A stretch of DNA of 56,371 nucleotides from an uncultured Gammaproteobacteria bacterium. GTDB taxonomy: Bacteria; Patescibacteriota; Microgenomatia; UBA8517. The first letter of the stretch is position 1, and every line of letters begins with the position of its first letter. The notes beneath the pieces were generated by a model. It was not told where the DNA came from. It saw only the letters and a program-made list of their open reading frames with translations, and ran no database searches. Positions 29,575 through 38,998 of the stretch are shown here, piece by piece. The stretch covers positions 14,297-70,667 of the forward strand of contig CAYXBV010000002.1 of the NCBI GenBank assembly GCA_964463425.1, read 5' to 3'. A program made the position numbers and the translations under genes.

Positions 29575-31812
29575 TTACCGTTCAGCGGCAAGCTCTACCA
29601 CTATATTCTTAACAACATGAGGAAGTGTCCCGAGCCATCCGGGCAATGGTGGGTTAAGATTTATTTCCGCTCTGGTAAATCCAGTAATCGAAGTTAAATA
29701 GTCTTTTGCAAGAATAATACTTTTCCCAGTTATCTTTTCTGATATGTCATCCGGTTTCATTTCAGGCAAAAGATTTACTTCCATATAAACAACTAGCTCA
29801 TACACTCCATCATCTTCATTCTCTAACTCAAAGCGCATGTCAATTTGATCTTCTCTTAAAACATACCCCGAAGGAATTTTGTCTTTTAAGACTTCTTTCG
29901 CAAAATCCGTTAGGGCCAAACTTTCAACCACTAAGCCCGATATATCGAGAGAAAGAGATAACTTCAAATTGTCGGCCTCGTCACCGACCTTATCGCTAAA
30001 GTTTATTTCGTCTGGATCTGCTTCCACAGACTCTTCAATAAAATATTGATCTCCTGATGCTTTTTGGGCTAGTTCAGTTTTCGCCTCTTCAAGAAGCTCA
30101 TCTGTTAAATCCTTTTCTAGATCCTCTAAGTCTTCTTCCGACACAGCCGATATTTGGCGACTTGAGCCACCCGAGAAATCTGAAATAGCTACCGCGTCAA
30201 CTTCTGCCTTGGGGTAGTTTCCAACTGAAAAGCTTTCATCTTTAGCCAAATTATATTCTGCTCCAATTCCTACGGCGACCACGTCAACGGTGTCTGTTCC
30301 TGGCGAGCTTGGAGAAAGAGCTGCTGACACCGATGCTTCATCTGCTAGAGCAAATTTTGAATCATTCGTAGAATAAATAAACGTCCCCACTGGAAGTGTT
30401 AATGACTGAGCTGTTCCATTTTGGATTGTAACACTACCTTTTGCTTTTTCTCCGATCGTCTTTGTGCCACTCGTTGGAGTTGTCCTTTCCCCTGAAACAC
30501 TCGTCTCTATTGTGTTTCCCGGTAATACTCCTTTCGCAAAGTTTGAACTTGAAACATCAGGGTCTATAAAAATAATCATCTTTTCCTCTAGTTTTTTAGG
30601 AGACACATAAATTGTCACAACCGCCTTGGGCAAAAACCACCAAGAAATAAAACCTGCAACAATAAGAATTATGAGAGAAACTCCTCCGATGACCATCGTC
30701 TTTTTCCCACCAATTTTTACTTTAGTCTTCTTAGAAGACATTGAAGCAATGTTCAGTTTTACTTTTCGTATAATACTTGAGAAAAAATTGTCTTTTAATT
30801 TATTCGCCTGCTGTGGCTTTTCTTTTGCTTGAGTGCTATCAGCAACTTCTTTTTGCGGTTGGGTACCTTGCTCTTCTTGCTCAAGGATTTTCGTTTCTGT
30901 TTCGACGCCAACATCTTTCTTGTCACCAGAGGTCACATCTTGTCCAACCATAAAACCAACATCTTCGGGCCTTGTCGGACCATCTGTGGTTGTACTTGAA
31001 ACACTTGTCGCCGGAGTGCTTTTTTCTTCTTTTTCCTCCTCTTTTTTGTCAAGAAAAGAAACGTCGGCGATTTCAGATGCTCCAGCTAAAGACACAGCGT
31101 GCACTTTCCTTTTAGGAGTAATCACTTCAATTTTGGGAGTGTGAAGAAATTTTATCTTTTCATATTTATCCCAATTCGCCTTCAAGAGAGCCTGTTTTGT
31201 TTCTTCAAGTTCTCCCTCTTTTCCATCATAAAGAAGAAATCTGGAAGGAAGATTTTCACCATCAGCAAACCTTGTTAAACCTTCTGCTACGTCATCAACA
31301 ATAGACACGCTTCTGGCAATGTTTGCCGTTCCAACTAAATTACCTAATCTAAAAATAGAAAGCTCTATATTCTGACTTCCTACGCCCATAACTACTCCAC
31401 TTAAAGGAGATCCTTCTTCTGCTTTAACCAAATGTGCCATTACTTCTGGCAGTACAACGAATCCTACCGGCGTTAAAGAAAGTTCTGCGCATATTTTTTT
31501 AAGAGTTTTTAAATATTCTGCTTTTATTTGCCCCTTTGACACCCAAGTTGAAGACACACCAAACACGGTTTTTGAAGGCTCTTTGGCGTCTTCTGGGAAG
31601 GATGATACTGCTGCCGAGAGAACGGTGTCGCAAGCATTTGTTAACTCATCTTCGGAGGCCCAAGCCGCTGGAGGACTTACAGCAATAACTCTTGCTTTAT
31701 TGTCAACAATTTCCCAAATACCTGATTGCACCCACTCAGGTTCTATGACGAGCGCCCAATAATATTCTATTGTTTTCTCTTCTTTTGTTGATAAAAAACT
31801 TTTAAAATCCAT
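29575..31812 (-). CDS. hypothetical bitopic membrane protein (745 aa)
   Basis: The first 250 or so aa are cytoplasmic with FtsA/PilM-like patterns (LTPVGFVVLPEVMAHL, GVVMGVGSQNIELSIF) but no clear ATP-binding Asp. Next come an E/K/T/Q-rich linker of about 110 aa and one TM (VIGGVSLIILIVAGFISWWFL). The C-terminal extracytoplasmic domain of about 350 aa has a pattern (GSVTIQNGTAQSLTLPVGT...VDVVAVGIGAEYN) reminiscent of baseplate-J-like proteins. These domain guesses have not been checked by HMM. Confidence 0.75.
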   Translation of the reverse strand: MDFKSFLSTKEEKTIEYYWALVIEPEWVQSGIWEIVDNKARVIAVSPPAAWASEDELTNACDTVLSAAVSSFPEDAKEPSKTVFGVSSTWVSKGQIKAEYLKTLKKICAELSLTPVGFVVLPEVMAHLVKAEEGSPLSGVVMGVGSQNIELSIFRLGNLVGTANIARSVSIVDDVAEGLTRFADGENLPSRFLLYDGKEGELEETKQALLKANWDKYEKIKFLHTPKIEVITPKRKVHAVSLAGASEIADVSFLDKKEEEKEEKSTPATSVSSTTTDGPTRPEDVGFMVGQDVTSGDKKDVGVETETKILEQEEQGTQPQKEVADSTQAKEKPQQANKLKDNFFSSIIRKVKLNIASMSSKKTKVKIGGKKTMVIGGVSLIILIVAGFISWWFLPKAVVTIYVSPKKLEEKMIIFIDPDVSSSNFAKGVLPGNTIETSVSGERTTPTSGTKTIGEKAKGSVTIQNGTAQSLTLPVGTFIYSTNDSKFALADEASVSAALSPSSPGTDTVDVVAVGIGAEYNLAKDESFSVGNYPKAEVDAVAISDFSGGSSRQISAVSEEDLEDLEKDLTDELLEEAKTELAQKASGDQYFIEESVEADPDEINFSDKVGDEADNLKLSLSLDISGLVVESLALTDFAKEVLKDKIPSGYVLREDQIDMRFELENEDDGVYELVVYMEVNLLPEMKPDDISEKITGKSIILAKDYLTSITGFTRAEINLNPPLPGWLGTLPHVVKNIVVELAAER

Positions 31813-31826
31813 ATATATCCATACAC

Positions 31827-33602
31827 TTACTTCTCTGCTCTTGCATAGAGTCGCATTGTTCCTGCCCCGATTTTCTCTTGCCTAAATATCTTAACACGCC
31901 CAATTTCAGAAGTGGAGGAAACGTGCGGACCACCACATACTTCTTTTGAAAACCACCCACCTTTAGGATCACCCACTGTATATATCTTAACTTTTTGGTC
32001 ATACTTTTCTCCAAAAAAAGCCAGGGCACCATCTTTTTTGGCTTGATCTAAGCTTGCCGTCTTAAAACCAATTAGTAACCCTTTTTCAATTTGCTCATTT
32101 ATCATGTCCTCAACTTCTTTAACTTCGCTACCTGTTAACTTTTGAGTATGCGTAAAATCAAAACGTAGTCTTTCTGCTGTAATATTTGAGCCTTTCTGTT
32201 GAACATGGTCTCCTAATATTTTTCTTAATGATGCGTGTAATAAATGTGTGGCAGTATGCAACCTGGTAACTTCTACCGACGAATCTGCCAATCCACCTTT
32301 AAACATTCCTGCGCTTGCTGTTCTTGAAAGTTTTTGGTGTTTTTCTAATTTTTTCTCAAACTTAATCCTGTCTTTTTTGGCAAGCTTCTCACCCCGAACA
32401 TTCAAAAAGATTTCTTGAGCAACTTCGAACGGTATTCCGTATGTTTGATAAAGATCGAATGGTTGAATTTTCATATTCTTGATTACCAGCTGGACACCCT
32501 TACCCAAAACTTTCATAAAATTATTCACTTCGCTTCCAAGTTTTGCAGACATACTTGCATTATTCGTTTTTTCAATAATTTTTGTACTTAATTCTGTTGT
32601 TGAAACATCTCCCGACAGCTCTCGCACCCTCAGTGCCGCGTTTCGAATTAGTCTGCGCAATATGTATCCTTGTAACTTATTGCTTGGCTCAACTCCTTCT
32701 TCAAATAGTTTTGCAGCAGCCCTGAAGTGATCAGCTATAATTCTAAAACTCCTGTCTTGCTTCACGTTTGTCCCGTATTTAAGTCCGGTTTCCTTTTCAA
32801 TTACACTAATTATCTTCTTAAGCGATTCTATTTGAAATATATCAGGGTTGTTGTTAACTGCAGCTGTCATTCGTTCTAGTCCGCCACCAAAATCAACATT
32901 TTTATGAGGCAATTCTTCCAATTGGCCATCCGCCTTTTTAATGTATTCAATAAAAACTGAATTACCAATTTCCATAAATCTTCCGCATCCGCAATTAGGA
33001 TGACACTCTTTCCCATATTTAGGATCGTGCTCTATCTGAGTAAATTCAAAAAAGACTTCTGAGTCAGGACCACCAATTTCACCGACCGGCATTTTGTCGG
33101 GAGAGCCTGAGCGGGACCACCAATTCTCTTTTACTCCGTAAAAATGAATTCTTTCTTTGGGTATGCCAATTTTTTCCCAAATTTTGGCTGATTCTTCGTC
33201 TTTGGGCACCCCCTTCGTTCCCTCAAAAACGCTTACCCAAAGTTTTTCTTTTGGTAGGCCCAATTCCTTTATTAAAAATTCCAAAAACCAACTTAACTGT
33301 TCTTCTTTAAAATAGTTTCCTAGCGACCAGTTCCCCAACATTTCAAAAAACGTAGTATGGCGATTGTCTCCCACTTCATCCATATCTTCCAATCTCAAGC
33401 ATGGCTGCGAGTTAACCAACCTATTACCTTCGGGGTGTGATTCACCAGTTAAATACGGTATAAGCTGCTGCATTCCTGAGGAAGTAAATAGCGTGGTTGG
33501 GTCGTCTAGGGGCACAAGAGGAGCAAAACTAATTTCTTTATGATTTCTTGGCTCTACTTTAAAAAAAGCCAAATATTTTTTGCGAATTTCATCCAAGGTC
33601 AT
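31827..33602 (-). CDS. alaS: alanine--tRNA ligase, short form (no C-Ala/DHHA1 domain)
   Basis: 591-aa ORF with class II catalytic core (FTSSGMQQ, RHTTFFEMLGNWS), editing-domain HTATHLLH...CGGPHV, ending shortly afterwards. Confidence 0.92.
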   Translation of the reverse strand: MTLDEIRKKYLAFFKVEPRNHKEISFAPLVPLDDPTTLFTSSGMQQLIPYLTGESHPEGNRLVNSQPCLRLEDMDEVGDNRHTTFFEMLGNWSLGNYFKEEQLSWFLEFLIKELGLPKEKLWVSVFEGTKGVPKDEESAKIWEKIGIPKERIHFYGVKENWWSRSGSPDKMPVGEIGGPDSEVFFEFTQIEHDPKYGKECHPNCGCGRFMEIGNSVFIEYIKKADGQLEELPHKNVDFGGGLERMTAAVNNNPDIFQIESLKKIISVIEKETGLKYGTNVKQDRSFRIIADHFRAAAKLFEEGVEPSNKLQGYILRRLIRNAALRVRELSGDVSTTELSTKIIEKTNNASMSAKLGSEVNNFMKVLGKGVQLVIKNMKIQPFDLYQTYGIPFEVAQEIFLNVRGEKLAKKDRIKFEKKLEKHQKLSRTASAGMFKGGLADSSVEVTRLHTATHLLHASLRKILGDHVQQKGSNITAERLRFDFTHTQKLTGSEVKEVEDMINEQIEKGLLIGFKTASLDQAKKDGALAFFGEKYDQKVKIYTVGDPKGGWFSKEVCGGPHVSSTSEIGRVKIFRQEKIGAGTMRLYARAEK

Positions 33603-33608
33603 GCCTGA

Positions 33609-33637
33609 ATTATATCGTTTATTAATATCCTTATCTA
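33609..33637 (-). promoter_or_regulatory. promoter with -10 box 6 nt from the alaS ATG (leaderless candidate)
   Basis: Minus strand reads TAGATA (33637-33632), 17 nt, TATAAT (33614-33609), TCAGGC, ATG (33602). Confidence 0.5.
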
Positions 33638-33885
33638 GAGGGCTCTTGGGAAGATTGACCGTGTGCCTTCATTTTTTTATTTCTTCTTAAAATTTCGATT
33701 ACCCCTGTTAATTTGTCGGGGCGAATCAATCCTCCACCCAAAATGGCGTCTTCTAAAATGCTGTTTAATCTTTTTAGTGCCTTTCTGAGATCAATAATTA
33801 TCAATATTACCTGAGCACCGACAATCACGAGAAGTGTTGTTAGTGAAATGACTACTGCAATTAAAAGTTTTTGAACAGGATCCAT
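33631..33885 (-). CDS. small membrane protein (84 aa; N-terminal TM plus helical tail)
   Basis: ORF with hydrophobic LLIAVVISLTTLLVIVGAQVILIIIDL followed by an amphipathic segment. It is tightly packed after the RodZ-like gene. Confidence 0.6.
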   Translation of the reverse strand: MDPVQKLLIAVVISLTTLLVIVGAQVILIIIDLRKALKRLNSILEDAILGGGLIRPDKLTGVIEILRRNKKMKAHGQSSQEPSR

Positions 33886-33887
33886 AT

Positions 33888-34517
33888 TTATTGTTCTAGC
33901 TCTGGATATATTTTACGTCGAACAACTGTCTCTTTACCAGACCTTGAAACCGCCCTGACTACTATTTCTTCTGTTCCCTCAAATATTTCAATTTCCGCCT
34001 TATAGCTTCCATCCTCTTCAACAAGCGTAGGTTGATTGTTAATCTTCATCGTTGCGTCTTGGTCTGTTTTTCCTGACACAACTAATATGTTTTGTTTAAC
34101 TACTTGTTCTTCGCGAGGTTCATCAACTATAAGTCTTGGGGGGCTCACGAAATTTGAATACTGAAAAGCAAGATAACCCAAAACAGTAACAGCAATCATA
34201 ACTATTCCAACTATGAATGTTAACTTTGGACTCCACATAAATTTTTTTGCAACGTCTGGCTTTGGATTAACAGGAAGCACTCTTGGAGGATAATCTCTTC
34301 TTAAAAAAGCAACAGCTTGTCTTTCGTCTAATTTTAAATATTTAGATATTTTCTTCACAAAACCAATAACAACCGGGTATTCTGGCAGTGTTTCCCAATT
34401 TTCTTTTTCTATCGAAATGATAAATTCCTTTTTAATCTTTGTCTCGTTGGCAATTTTTTCTTGCGAAAATCTTTTTTTGACACGAGCTTCTTTTAAAAAA
34501 ATACCAATTGTTTTCAT
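33888..34517 (-). CDS. RodZ-like helix-turn-helix membrane protein
   Basis: 209-aa ORF with an N-terminal HTH (IGIFLKEARVKKRFSQEKIANETKIKKEFIISIE), a central TM (LTFIVGIVMIAVTVLGYLAF) and a C-terminal beta-rich domain. Confidence 0.6.
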   Translation of the reverse strand: MKTIGIFLKEARVKKRFSQEKIANETKIKKEFIISIEKENWETLPEYPVVIGFVKKISKYLKLDERQAVAFLRRDYPPRVLPVNPKPDVAKKFMWSPKLTFIVGIVMIAVTVLGYLAFQYSNFVSPPRLIVDEPREEQVVKQNILVVSGKTDQDATMKINNQPTLVEEDGSYKAEIEIFEGTEEIVVRAVSRSGKETVVRRKIYPELEQ

Positions 34518-34531
34518 CTTAAATATTTAAT

Positions 34532-36634
34532 TTAGGTAGCGGATTGCCCTTCCGAAGGTGGAGCAGACAAAAACTCTTCCGGGCTCTGAATTAGAACATC
34601 TCTTGGCTTTGAACCCTCAGATGGCCCTATTGCCCCGGCTGCCTCTAATTGATCAACAATCCTTGCTGCCCTAGCATACCCTATCGACAGCCTTCTTTGA
34701 AGAAGAGAAGCCGAAGCTCTGTCATATTGACAAATAACTTCAACGGCGGCCTTAAAAAGTTCATCTAATTCTTCGTCCAAGCCTGGGATCACAGTTGTTC
34801 CTGGTTTTGGCATGGAAACAACTTCTTCTGTATATTGGGGTTCAATTCCTTGGTTTTTAAGAAATGACACAAGATCTGTAATTTCCTTATCTGTAACAAA
34901 TGCTCCTTGAATTCTCATTGGCTTTGCTTGGTCAGGAGGTAAATAAAGCATGTCTCCTTTTCCCAAAAGTTTTTCGGCCCCCTGCATATCAAGAATTACC
35001 CTGGAATCAACTTGTGAAGAAACCGCAAAAGCTATTCTGCAAGGAATATTTGCTTTGATTAACCCTGTGATAACATCCACAGAAGGTCTCTGAGTCGAAA
35101 GAATCATGTGAATTCCGGTTGCCCTACTCATCTGAGCGATTCTGGTTATTGCATCTTCCACCTCAACTGGAGAGAAAAGCATAATGTCGGCAAGTTCGTC
35201 AATCACAACCACAATATGTGGCAATGCCTGGAATCCAGACATTTCATTGTAAGTTGCCATATTTCTAACTCCAGCTTGAGCAAATAATTTGTATCGCCTG
35301 TCCATTTCAGAAAGAACCCACCTGAGAGCTGAAATCACCTTTTTGGGATCAACGATTACGGGCGATAAAAGATGAGGAATACCGTTATAACCAGTCAACT
35401 CAACTCTCTTTGGGTCTACCATAATAAATTTAACTTCCGAAGGAGCCGCCCTGAAAAGAAGAGAGGAAAGAAAAGTGTTAATACAAACGCTTTTACCAGA
35501 TCCCGTTTGCCCAGCGATAAGAATATGTGGCATAAGAGCTAGGTCAGCGACTAAAGACTTACCAGAAACATCTAAGCCTAATGCCAAAGATAACTTCGAA
35601 CTGGCGTCTTTCATCGAATCTGACTGAAGCATTTTCTTTAAGGGAACAAATTCTGGACTTCTATTTGGCAATTCTATTCCAACCAAAGCCCGACCTGGAA
35701 TTGGTGCTTCTATTCTTATCGTTCCCGTTGGAGCTGCTAAAGCCAATGCCAAATCTCGCTCTAAAGAGGTAATTTTTGACAATTTGGTTCCTAGGGCAAC
35801 CTCAAGCGCATATTGAGTTACGGCTGGACCGAGATTAACCTCAACAACTCGAGCAGTTATTCCAAATGATTCGAGTGTTTGCTCTATTATATGAGCATTA
35901 CCTTTTATGTCGCCTCTATCTGCCTTGCCAGTTTGAGCTTCTGACAAAATACTAAGAGGAGGGTGTTTCCATACCTTGTCTTCACCAGGTATGTTGCTCA
36001 CTAATTTGGGCTCAAGCGCTTCTTTTGTAACACCCTTTTTTGGGATTTTAGCAGTAGGCACAGGGGGTCGCTGACTTCCTGATACCTTGAGTTTTCTTTT
36101 GGTTAAATTCTCGGCTTTCCGTATTGCTTTTCCTCCTACCAAATAATGTTTGACTTGGGTGAGCAAGTTTCCAAAAAAAACAATCAGCTGGTCAACCGAA
36201 GTATTAAACAAGATAACGAGACCAATAATACTCGTTCCAAAAAGGATAATAAAAGCGCCAACAGAAGTAATAAGCGTCGCCACTCCGTCCCAAGAGTATT
36301 TCCCTAATTTACCAGCCCTTGTTATTGTCAACATCGATATGAAAAACAAGAGACCTCCAACTAAAACATTTGGCTGGGCAAAAGGAGTTTTAATTTTGGT
36401 CAACAAAAATCCAGCAGACAGTAAAACAAAAGGTAAAAATATCGTGGTCCACGAAAGATAAGAAACCAAGAAATCATTTAACTTAACTAAAACAACTCCC
36501 TGTCTAGCAAAAGAAACTATAATTAATCCCGCTAAGGAAAAGAAAAAGATTTGTCCAATAGAATGAATCGTTCCTTTTTTGAGTTTTAACTTAAAAGAGC
36601 TTTTTGCTCGTTTTTTACGCTTCTTTTTAGCCAT
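34532..36634 (-). CDS. ftsK: DNA translocase FtsK/SpoIIIE
   Basis: 700-aa ORF with N-terminal TMs, Walker A GQTGSGKSV, Walker B VVVIDELAD and a gamma winged-helix (ASASLLQRRLSIGYARAARIVDQLE). Confidence 0.93.
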   Translation of the reverse strand: MAKKKRKKRAKSSFKLKLKKGTIHSIGQIFFFSLAGLIIVSFARQGVVLVKLNDFLVSYLSWTTIFLPFVLLSAGFLLTKIKTPFAQPNVLVGGLLFFISMLTITRAGKLGKYSWDGVATLITSVGAFIILFGTSIIGLVILFNTSVDQLIVFFGNLLTQVKHYLVGGKAIRKAENLTKRKLKVSGSQRPPVPTAKIPKKGVTKEALEPKLVSNIPGEDKVWKHPPLSILSEAQTGKADRGDIKGNAHIIEQTLESFGITARVVEVNLGPAVTQYALEVALGTKLSKITSLERDLALALAAPTGTIRIEAPIPGRALVGIELPNRSPEFVPLKKMLQSDSMKDASSKLSLALGLDVSGKSLVADLALMPHILIAGQTGSGKSVCINTFLSSLLFRAAPSEVKFIMVDPKRVELTGYNGIPHLLSPVIVDPKKVISALRWVLSEMDRRYKLFAQAGVRNMATYNEMSGFQALPHIVVVIDELADIMLFSPVEVEDAITRIAQMSRATGIHMILSTQRPSVDVITGLIKANIPCRIAFAVSSQVDSRVILDMQGAEKLLGKGDMLYLPPDQAKPMRIQGAFVTDKEITDLVSFLKNQGIEPQYTEEVVSMPKPGTTVIPGLDEELDELFKAAVEVICQYDRASASLLQRRLSIGYARAARIVDQLEAAGAIGPSEGSKPRDVLIQSPEEFLSAPPSEGQSAT

Positions 36635-36640
36635 AAATTC

Positions 36641-36669
36641 ATTATATGATACTCATACATGCTTGTCTA
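36641..36669 (-). promoter_or_regulatory. promoter with -10 box 6 nt from the ftsK ATG (leaderless candidate)
   Basis: Minus strand reads TAGACA (36669-36664), 17 nt, TATAAT (36646-36641), GAATTT, ATG (36634). Confidence 0.55.
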
Positions 36670-36690
36670 AACCCGTACTGGCTTTAATAG

Positions 36691-38343
36691 TCAGGCTTCA
36701 ACCACAACCGGAAGAATCATGGGCCGACGACCTGTTTGTCTGAAGAAGTGTTTTTCTAAAAAATCTATTGTTATACGTCTAACAACATGTCTATCAAGGC
36801 GTTGTTTTTTCCCAATCTCTCCCACAAGAAGGTTAGCTGCATCAAGTAAAAAATCCTTCTCTTGTTTTTCAAAAACAAAACCGCGACTAATTATCTCTGG
36901 GTCGGCAATTAGCTTATTCCCTTCTTTGTCTAATTGAACAAGGACAATGGCAACTCCATCTCTCGCTAATTTCTTCCTGTCTCTTAAAACAACATTGCCA
37001 ACATCTCCAACACCCAAACCATCTACCAACACACTCTTCACATCTATTTTTCCAGCCCTCACACCTCTTTGGTTTTTGAATTCAACAATCTCTCCGGCCC
37101 TTAATTCAAACGTAGCCTCTGGGGCTGCCCCCATACTAACGGCAATATCTTTGTATTTTCTCATGTGCCTTATTGTCCCCCCAATTGGAATATAGTATTT
37201 AGGTTTTAGAAGAGCAAAAAGCATCTTGATGTCTTCCCGGCATCCATGCCCGGAAACGTGTAGATCTTCTTGCATTTCGTAATAGTGAACATCTACACCA
37301 ATCTCAATAAATCTATCTACTAAACGATCTACATTTGCTTTTGATCCTGGTGGGGCTGGATCAGAAGAAAACATCACAGTATCACCTTTATTTATCTTTA
37401 AAAAATCATGCTCAGAATTGGCCACTCGATAAAGCGCACTCCCAGGTTGACCATAGCTTCCAGAAATAATGTACATTATTTTCTGTTTAGATATTTTTCC
37501 CATCCTTTTAAAGGGCACGACTAAATTATCGGGATAATGCAAGTATCCAAGATTTTTGGCAATTTGTGCCTTGTCTTCGGTCGAACGGCCAACAAACACA
37601 ACTTTGCGATTTAGTGTTTTGGCCACATTAATTGCCTGCTGCATTCTTGAAATATTTGATGAAATTGTGGTAAAAAATATTTGCCCCTTAGCGTCTCTGG
37701 CAATTTGCCCTACTTGGGCTTCAATCTCTTTCTCGCTCTGTGTGTATCCGGGCGTTGTTGCCCCTAAACAATCAGAGGCCACAGCCAAAACTCCTGATGA
37801 GGCCAATGTTGCCGCTCTGGCGATATCAAAAGGTCTACCATCAACTGGTGTCCAGTCAAACTTGTAATCAGCGACATGGAAAATGCTACCTTCGGGTGTC
37901 TGTATTGCAAAACCAACACCATCCGGAACAGAGTGAGAAACTCTAAACATCTGTATCTTAAATACACCCAAAGACAGTGTGTCTTTTTCCGGGTCAATAA
38001 CGTTAACTTTTACGTCTTTTGTTTTATGATCTGTAAACTTATTCTCAATAAATCCGGCAACCAGCTTAGTAGCATAAATAGGAGCTTGCACATCCTTCAG
38101 AAGAAACGGTAAAGCCCCAAGATGATCTTCGTGTCCATGAGAAATTAGTATGCCTCGAAGTTTATGTTTGTTTTTTATAACATAACTAAAATCAGGAATT
38201 ACCAAATCAACACCATACATTTCTGCCTCCGGAAACCCTATGCCACAATCAACAATGATCATGTCGTTTCCGTACTCATATATATATAAGTTTTCTGTTA
38301 CGTCTGTTGTGCCCGATAGGGCTATGAATTTTAGACTTGCCAT
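36691..38343 (-). CDS. rnj: ribonuclease J
   Basis: 550-aa ORF with metallo-beta-lactamase HGHEDHLG, a beta-CASP region and a C-terminal domain. The N-terminus is FIALSGTTDVTENLYIYEY. Confidence 0.9.
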   Translation of the reverse strand: MASLKFIALSGTTDVTENLYIYEYGNDMIIVDCGIGFPEAEMYGVDLVIPDFSYVIKNKHKLRGILISHGHEDHLGALPFLLKDVQAPIYATKLVAGFIENKFTDHKTKDVKVNVIDPEKDTLSLGVFKIQMFRVSHSVPDGVGFAIQTPEGSIFHVADYKFDWTPVDGRPFDIARAATLASSGVLAVASDCLGATTPGYTQSEKEIEAQVGQIARDAKGQIFFTTISSNISRMQQAINVAKTLNRKVVFVGRSTEDKAQIAKNLGYLHYPDNLVVPFKRMGKISKQKIMYIISGSYGQPGSALYRVANSEHDFLKINKGDTVMFSSDPAPPGSKANVDRLVDRFIEIGVDVHYYEMQEDLHVSGHGCREDIKMLFALLKPKYYIPIGGTIRHMRKYKDIAVSMGAAPEATFELRAGEIVEFKNQRGVRAGKIDVKSVLVDGLGVGDVGNVVLRDRKKLARDGVAIVLVQLDKEGNKLIADPEIISRGFVFEKQEKDFLLDAANLLVGEIGKKQRLDRHVVRRITIDFLEKHFFRQTGRRPMILPVVVEA

Positions 38344-38358
38344 CTTGTATTAATAATC

Positions 38359-38985
38359 CTATACCAGCTCCATTTGTTCAACCTCAATTTGTTCTACCTC
38401 ATTTTCAATTACTTCAGACAACATCTCGGGGACATTACTAAAATCTTCAATCGTTCTTCTTTTCATTTCTCCATTTCTCAGTCCTGCCGCAGGGTGATAC
38501 ATCGGAATAACAGTAAGATTCCGTTTTCCCCACTTAACCACTCTAGCCTTTCCATGCACGTCACTTATTCTTACACCAGGAATAAATTTTGCCATAGAAA
38601 ATCTGCCAAGCGTAATAATTATCTTTGGTTTGATAATCTCAATCATTTTGTCAATATATGGCCTAAAAGCCTCTATTTCCTCTGGTAATGGATCTCTATT
38701 TTCTGGCGGTCTATAATTAACTACATTAGTGATAAACACTTCTTCTCTAGGCAGTTTAATCGAATGAAGCAATTGGTCTAAAAATTTACCTGAATTCCCA
38801 ACGAATGGCATCCCCTTCTCGTCTTCCCAGCGTCCAGGTCCTTCTCCGATTAGCATTATCTCTGCTTCTGCAGTACCTGCTCCAAAAACTAATTTTGTTG
38901 CTGTTTCTCTTAAAGGCAGTTCTTTGTCTGCTTTCATTTTCAAGAATAATTCTTTAAGGTTTTCTCTTTTTGTTTTTTTTATCAT
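38359..38985 (-). CDS. uracil-DNA glycosylase, family 4
   Basis: Motifs GEGPGRWEDEKGMPFVGNSGKFL and YHPAAGLRN. The track ORF (to 39063) overlaps the upstream gene. The ATG at 38985 (MIKKTKRENL...) lies 13 nt after that gene's stop. Confidence 0.85.
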   Translation of the reverse strand: MIKKTKRENLKELFLKMKADKELPLRETATKLVFGAGTAEAEIMLIGEGPGRWEDEKGMPFVGNSGKFLDQLLHSIKLPREEVFITNVVNYRPPENRDPLPEEIEAFRPYIDKMIEIIKPKIIITLGRFSMAKFIPGVRISDVHGKARVVKWGKRNLTVIPMYHPAAGLRNGEMKRRTIEDFSNVPEMLSEVIENEVEQIEVEQMELV

Positions 38986-38998
38986 CTTGTATTTCTTA

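Noticed and set aside
31802-32032. A 76-aa minus-strand ORF overlaps the 3' end of alaS and the start of the 745-aa gene.
   Set aside because: It is out of frame within the conserved AlaRS editing domain, with no supporting signals. It is an overlapping spurious ORF.
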